64,000 bases of DNA from the human T2T-CHM13v2.0 reference genome, Homo sapiens. The notes beneath the pieces were generated by a model. That model worked only from the letters and a program-made list of their open reading frames with translations. It was not told the DNA's origin and did not search any database. The stretch is taken from the NCBI RefSeq assembly GCF_009914755.1, contig NC_060937.1. One strand, 5' to 3'. Below, piece after piece: positions 57,454 through 64,000 of the stretch (the first letter of the stretch is position 1; each line of letters opens with the position of its first letter). A program made the translations under genes and the position numbers.

Positions 57454-59849
57454 ATAGCAACAGTTGCGAGGAAAGGAAAGCTCCCTTTCCCTTGCTTTGG
57501 ACAAGCTGCTGCCCAGGAGTTAAGTGATACCTGCTACCAGGAGTGCTGTGATCATGAGAATTGTTGGGAGAAAATAATTCTGCATAGAGAAATTCCCTTA
57601 TGCACGATATGCACACAGAGCTAAAATATGCTGTACCTCCAAGCAGAATCATTCATTTTAATTACAGCACATTCTCCACATCCTGCAATCTCAATGCATT
57701 TTGTAGAGTGATTTCATCTAGGTCTCCTCAACATTACATTTTGAAGAACAAAAGCAATCATTGATTTCCAATAAGGTCACATAAGTTCAACAGGAACAAG
57801 GATCTCATTAAGCAGTGAGAATATTTGAACATGTGTTTCCTTGAAGACCCAGGGCAATAAAGCTACAATCTACTTAACTGAAATTACCAAAACTGTATTA
57901 CATACAACAGTGTTATTATATCAAATCTGTATCAGGAAATAGCTACTACAAACTTCATGGGGATTCACCAGTTTACCCATCTGGACCCTAAATTCTATTC
58001 TATGTAACTCATAATGTAATTGAAAACCTATATGCCTTGCAGTGATTAGCAAATAGGAGAAAATAATGCCATTGTTGAGACACCATTCAGATGGACATTT
58101 GTGATTTCTGCATTTTGTTCCTAAATCTGAGGTCAACATCTGAATCCCTATTCATATCTCTTAGTCCTTTGACAGAGTACTTTAGAAAGGGCAGTCTCAA
58201 TATGATGCCTATATATAAATGCCAATGAATTTAGAGTCTGAAAGCCACCTCTCCAACCTACAGCTGTGTGACCTCATCTGTAAAATGGTCTTGCCTACCT
58301 TCCGGGGTAAAGTAGGGGTAGTTATGAGGATGAGTTCATGCATGGGAAATAAATCACTTTGTAAATAATAATGCATCATTTGATATGAAATGTCACTACT
58401 CATTCTCTCATTCAGCAAACAAATGTGCCAGGCACTCTGCTAGGCACTAGGAGTTTAAAAATGAGTCACTGTAGCGAACAGCAGCATCATGTGGCAGAAA
58501 TGCCAAGGTCTTGGGTTGGCAATGGGGGTTATTACATCCTTGTCTATAGGGCTGTTGAAAAGAGGCAGAATCCAGTCACTGTCCTCAGGGAGCTCATTGT
58601 CTAGAAGCCTACGTGATTCCCCACAGCAATCTCTCCAGTTGGGTTTCTCATCAGTTGGAAACCCACAGGACATTTAGAGTACCTGCCTCTTGAGTAGCCT
58701 GGGTGGAGAAATTCCAAACACTCCTAAGGGCCTATATCACCCTGAGGAAGATAGATCAAATTCTCCGAAAAACCAAAGGCCAGAAGAGAAGAGAGGCCCA
58801 AATCTCACTGTGATTAGGCTTCAGGACTTTGTCTAGATATTTCCAAGTCCATAGTTACGTGATTTTCCATGGCCTTTGTTACTTGGTTGCTCATTTGCAA
58901 TGTTTAGCAACCACAGAGTCCCCCTACCCCTACACCAGCCCCCCAGGAAATAAGGGCAGGTGAAAATACTTCAATTGACCAATGAGCTCAGAAGGAATAT
59001 TGGAGCACATTTTGAAAGCTCTAACTCACAGAGTTAGTCCCTCCACCATACCCTTGACTCCAACTTTTATCCAATGACCTCCCTGGCCATGGCACTGCCT
59101 GGCCATGGCACTGCCGGGCCTAAGTGCCACTGTAAGTAGAAAGGCAAGAGTTGCTGTTTGCTGCAGGTTACCACTGCCACCTTTACAAAAGGCAATGTCT
59201 TTCAAAAGTCGCTGTGTTTCCAATTACTCTTCTAAGAGGGGCTGAGACATTATTCTCAATAAAACTCATTATAACTCATCCCTAACATTGTTAAGGCATG
59301 AGGTAACATTATTGGACACAGTTGCAGATTTTTCCACTCTTTCTTTTCTCTTTGCTTCCCAGCTCAGGCGGGTGAGGTGGGAGGCTGTAGAAAGGAGTTC
59401 AGCTGTCCCAAGCAGGAAAAGGTAGCATCTTCTTGACACCAGGAATCTATTGTCAGCATCAGTTGGAAGAAAGTGAATGACACAGCATTTTTGTAATGGG
59501 AAAAATAACTTCATAGGAAGTCAAAAGACCTGGCTCTGCCACGAATTAGTTATGTGACCTTTTGCCTCTCTGAGTTTCAATTTCTTCATCTGAGAAGCTT
59601 GAACTAAATCTCTAAGGTCCCTTCTAAGAGTCTATGAGTGTCAAGTCCTGGAAAAATAGGGCATGACACCCATGGCCTGTTAAAAATATCTTCCCTAAGT
59701 GACTACTTATGGGTAGGAGGGATTTTGGGGGAACAGGGAAGGTGGAATGATGACAACCTAAAATTAGATTTTGGCGATGGTTGTAGAACTCTGTAAATAC
59801 ACAGGAAACCACTGGATTGTACACTTTAAATGAGTAATTTTTTATTTGT

Positions 59850-60290
59850 TAAAATGTAGCAAAATACACATAACATAAAATTTAACATCTTAGTCTTTTT
59901 TACATTTTCAGTTCAGTGGCATTAAGTACGTTCACACTGTGCAACCACCACCACCATCCATTCACAGAACTCTTTTCATCTTGCTCCCTGAACTCATTAA
60001 GCACCAACTCCCCTTTCTGTCTCTCCCAAACACCATTCTACTTTCTGTTTCTATGTTTTTTTACTACTCTGAGTACTTCATATGAATAGAATCATATGGT
60101 ATTTGTCTTTTTGTGGCTAGCTTATTTCACTTAGAAAAATGTCTTCAAGATTTATCCATATTATAACATGTCAGGATTTCCTTCCCTTGTATGGCTGATT
60201 AATTTTCCATTGTATGTATATACCACATTTTATGTATTCATTTATCCATGGATAGACACGTCAATTGTTTCTACCATAGAGCTATTGAGA
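59850..60290 (-). mobile_element. L1MB-type 3' end, inserted into an older L1M 3' fragment
   Basis: CAGTTCAGTGGCATTAAGTACGTTCACACTGTGCAACCACC... is a typical L1MB 3' UTR. AAATGAGT occurs on both flanks. Confidence 0.7.
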
Positions 60291-60890
60291 AATGAGTGGA
60301 TTTTATAATATGTAAACTATATCTCATACATTTGTTAACAAATATATCTCCCCCATCTACCATGTAAGTGTCTAAAATGGCTCCCATCTTAAGATCATTC
60401 CTGAAGGATCTTCTCAAGGAACCTCATGAAGTTAAAATAACTAAATGGAAGAATTACTTTCTGTGAAACCAGTAAACTTTTATCATGTGGTTCTTTAGTT
60501 GATTATCTCATGATGCCATGCTCTGTCATTTACAAAGGATCAGAGAGTAGGAAAATGCCATAAGAAGCAGAGACAGCCTTTGCCATCTCCATTCAGTTTT
60601 GCTCAAGGCTGGCCTGATCTGCAGGTACCCAGACCCCCAGACACAGTGTGGAGTTTCCTATCAAAGGGCAGCTGGAACCCTATGTGTTCTGGTCATGGCC
60701 CAGGGGCAGGGGCCCAGTGTGAGGGCAATCACAACTCTACCCATGCCTAAGGTTCTGCTTTAAGTCTTTTATTTGATTCTAGCCAATGTAAGAGTCACTT
60801 CAAAGACTTAGTAAAATTATTCTGTACTTCCCATGAGAAAACTATGTGAAAACCTCTAACATAGAAGGGGTCTCAAGAAATGTTGATTCT

Positions 60891-61251
<361 letters not shown>

Positions 61252-61479
61252 TTACTGAATGGTTTTGTAATAGATTTTCCTCCCTTAGTCTTTACTCTTG
61301 CTGGAGCAGAATGAATGTGTGTTTAGATTTGAGAATTGTCCTCTGAAGCAGTTTGCAATATAAAGAATAAAATTCAATCGTGTAAAGCAAAGGAATAGAT
61401 AGGACAGGCTGGGTGACCTCTTTTTACTCCCATACACATATGGCAGATACCTCCAGCTCTTTAACCCCACACTTTCCTA

Positions 61480-62216
61480 AACAGAGATTCTCAACTTGCT
61501 TCCTATAAGAATCACTGGAATTCCACATATAAGTGAAATCATGCGGTATTTATCTTTCTGTGCCTGGCTTATTTCACTTAACATAATGGCCTCCAGTTTC
61601 ATCCATACTATTGCAAATGACAGGATTTCTTCCTTTTTAAGGTTGAATAGTATTCCATTGTGTTTATATACCACATTTTCTTTATCCATTCATCTGTTCA
61701 TAGACACTTAGGCTGATTCCATATCTTAAGCATGATGGTTACCAGAAGTTGAGGGAGTGGGAGTGGGGAGGAATGGCGAGTTGTCAATCAAAGGGTACAA
61801 AATTCCAGTTAGACAGGAGGAGTAAGTTTTGAGAACTGTTGCATAGCAGAAGGACTATAGTCAACAATAATGTAGGTGTATGTCTCAAAATCATTGAGTA
61901 AGTTTCAGATGTCTCACCACAAAAAATGATGAGGAAGGTTATGTAAAGGAAGTGATAGTTAACGCTCATCAGCTTGATGTAATCATTCCGGGTTGCATAG
62001 ACATATCAAAGCATCACAGCGTACCCCATGAATGTATACATCATGATTTGTCAAATTAAAATATTAAAGAAAAAAAGAATCGCTGGGAGTCATTTAAAAA
62101 GGCAAATACCTGAGCCCTCCTCCAGACCAACCAAATCAGACTGTTCAGGGTGGGGCCTGACACTGGTATGTTCCAAATCTCTAAAGCAATTCTAATGTGC
62201 AGTGGAGAAACACTGC
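61480..62216. mobile_element. MER5A-like hAT MITE split by the L1MA insertion
   Basis: CAGAGATTCTCAACTTG...AGAATCAC on the left continues on the right as ...AATCAGACT...GGGCCTG...ATTCTAATGTGCAG...GAGAAACACTG. Confidence 0.65.
61521..62074. mobile_element. L1MA-type 3' fragment with 5' inversion, inserted in a MER5A
   Basis: 61521-~61728 is antisense L1 (ORF2 C-terminus), and ~61730-62074 is sense 3' UTR plus A tail. TSD AAGAATCACTGGAA (61507-61520) / AAGAATCGCTGGGA (62075-62088). Confidence 0.8.
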
Positions 62217-63315
62217 ATATGCCAGATTCCTTCTGCCCAGCTCCCCACCTTTTCCCAGTTAGTTTCTCTTATGAGAGTGCTCACCTGAAGGTAATGTGAT
62301 TTATAAAGGTGACCCATGGCCACAGTCGTGAGTGGTCTGAGGAACAATCATAGCACACTGCTCTCTCCTCCCACTCCCTATGCCATTGTATTCATGCACC
62401 AACCTAATAACTAAGAGATTGACCTTTCCCTGATGCAGCCCTAGTTTCCGTCTCAAGACGCTTCCCACTTTGCTCAGAGTCCAGTAAGAAACACAGACAA
62501 GTAAGGTGAAAATTAAAATGCCATATGGTGAGTTGCTAAATGCTACCACAGGAATATGCACTAGGCACTTTGAAAGCACAGAGGAAATAAAGCAAACTCA
62601 GCCTTGAGGCGTGTGGAGTTTAACCAGGTGAAAGCCAAGTGAACAGGCAGGGTAATCAGGAAGAAAACACATGGACCTAGACTCAGGGCAGAGTGAGGCA
62701 GAGAAGGGAAGTGGCTAAAGCTCAGATGGCTACTTCTGGGAATCGAGGCAGGACTGGGGTCAGAGAAGGTTAGGAGAGAGAAACTAGAGGTAAATCACCA
62801 AAGGCTTTGTAACTTAGGCTGAGCAGTTTGGATTTACTCTCATAGCAAAAGGAAGCCATTAAAAGGTTTTAAGCTGGAGAGTGTCGTGATAAGATCTGTT
62901 TATATAATAGGATAAAAAGAAAAGGTCTGTGAACTCCAACAATACTTTTTGTCTGTATGTTTTGGCTCAGTTGTCATGTTGTATGACCTCTTGGACTCAC
63001 ATAATTTTAAAACTCTTAAGGGGTCTCAGAGATCATCAAATGCCATCTCCTTGTTTTGCAGATCAGGAAACCTACCAGTGTCATGGGCTACCAGGTTGAC
63101 TCCCAGTGCAAAGCTTTTTTCACTACCCACCTCCTGCCAACAAAATTCTATAAAAACAAGGAGGACTTTTCATCATTCTACTACACAATATATATTTAAC
63201 CCAGTAAAAATGTATTTCCCTTTCTGTTTTTAAAATAAAGAGTAACATCGGTATTATAGCAATTCTGGAAATTACAGGATCTATTTTTGGGTTTTGGTAT
63301 ATTTCCTTCCAGGAT

Positions 63316-63336
63316 TGTGTGTGTGTGTGTGTGTGT
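63316..63336. repeat. (TG)n microsatellite
   Basis: Visible dinucleotide run. Confidence 0.9.
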
Positions 63337-63367
63337 ACATGATATCACACATTTATGATATACGTAA

Positions 63368-63441
63368 GTTTTTCTTTTAAATATTAAAAGCAAAGGTTTT
63401 TTCTTTTAAATATTAAAAGCAAAGGTTTTTTCTTTTAAATA
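63368..63441. repeat. 30-bp tandem repeat, ~2.5 copies
   Basis: GTTTTTTCTTTTAAATATTAAAAGCAAAG repeated almost perfectly. Confidence 0.9.
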
Positions 63442-64000
63442 AAAATGTGTATTTTTACAAATGACTATGTCATCTTTCAATTGCTCTTTTTCATTTTTAA
63501 GAGCTACACACTCTTACATTGCATATTGATTGGTACATATGTAATCATTTTCTATTTGGCAGGCATAAGATTGCTTGCAGTTGTTCACTATTTGTGCTTA
63601 TAAATCTGCATTTTGAATTACTTGTTTAGGTGAGAGTTCAGAAACTGCTATTACTGGCCACAAAGTCTCTGAGCATTCCCTTAGTGCTTGAATTGCATAG
63701 TGAAATTACTTTCCAAAAGGGTTTTACCTGCTTAGAATGCTACCTGTACTTGAGAATCCAGCTTTCCCACTACCACCTCCAGCCCTTATGTGTCTCTACA
63801 GCTGTATCAGCTTGTATGTAATATACATGCATAACCTTGACGCAGTGGCAGTGCACAGTGGCGACTGCAGGGAGGTCTTAGCCTCTCAATATCATTGACT
63901 CTCCAGGGCTGGGCCTGACATTGGTATTTTCCAAAGTCAACTAACTCTGCTATACTCTAAGTAAAGATACAATCCAAGTAAAAATGAGTGTTTGCTATAC

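Larger units (their letters stand above)
56140..57460. promoter_or_regulatory. CpG island / UBL3 promoter
   Basis: Abrupt switch from AT-rich CpG-depleted DNA to very GC-rich, CpG-dense sequence containing GCG/CGC triplet runs. Confidence 0.93.

Noticed and set aside
56673-57527. 284-aa plus-strand ORF and other overlapping ORFs in the CpG island
   Set aside because: GTG start, low-complexity Pro/Arg/Gly/Ala content, and no recognisable domain. Long ORFs are expected in stop-poor GC-rich DNA.
59085-59120. 16-bp tandem GGCCATGGCACTGCC(T/G) with a palindromic core
   Set aside because: A simple two-copy duplication with no functional evidence.

Overview
Primate (most likely human) genomic DNA, not prokaryotic. 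The window holds the CpG-island promoter and first exon of UBL3 (ubiquitin-like 3) on the minus strand. Coding exon 1 (56155-56181) encodes MSSNVPADM and ends at a GTAAGT donor. Bases 1-56154 lie in the very large first intron (exon 2 was not found in the window), and ~57300-64000 is upstream flank. The rest is mostly transposon-derived: about 16 Alus and 2 FLAMs, a full-length L1PA4/5-like element sense to UBL3 (30383-36511), a 3'-truncated older L1PA13-16-like element, ancient L1M/L2/MIR fragments, MLT1 and MER57 LTR pieces, and MER2, MER3, MER5, MER20 and Charlie DNA transposons. Almost all ORFs in the supplied track are Alu/L1 remnants or chance ORFs. I found no convincing new multi-gene system. 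The best leads are the ~1.1 kb UBL3 leader (7 uORFs, one ending in CCCC, a G-quadruplex and a U-rich tract before the main AUG), the read-through ORF0 in the intronic L1, and a young 5'-truncated AluY. Repeat subfamily names come from recalled consensus motifs, not from a database search.
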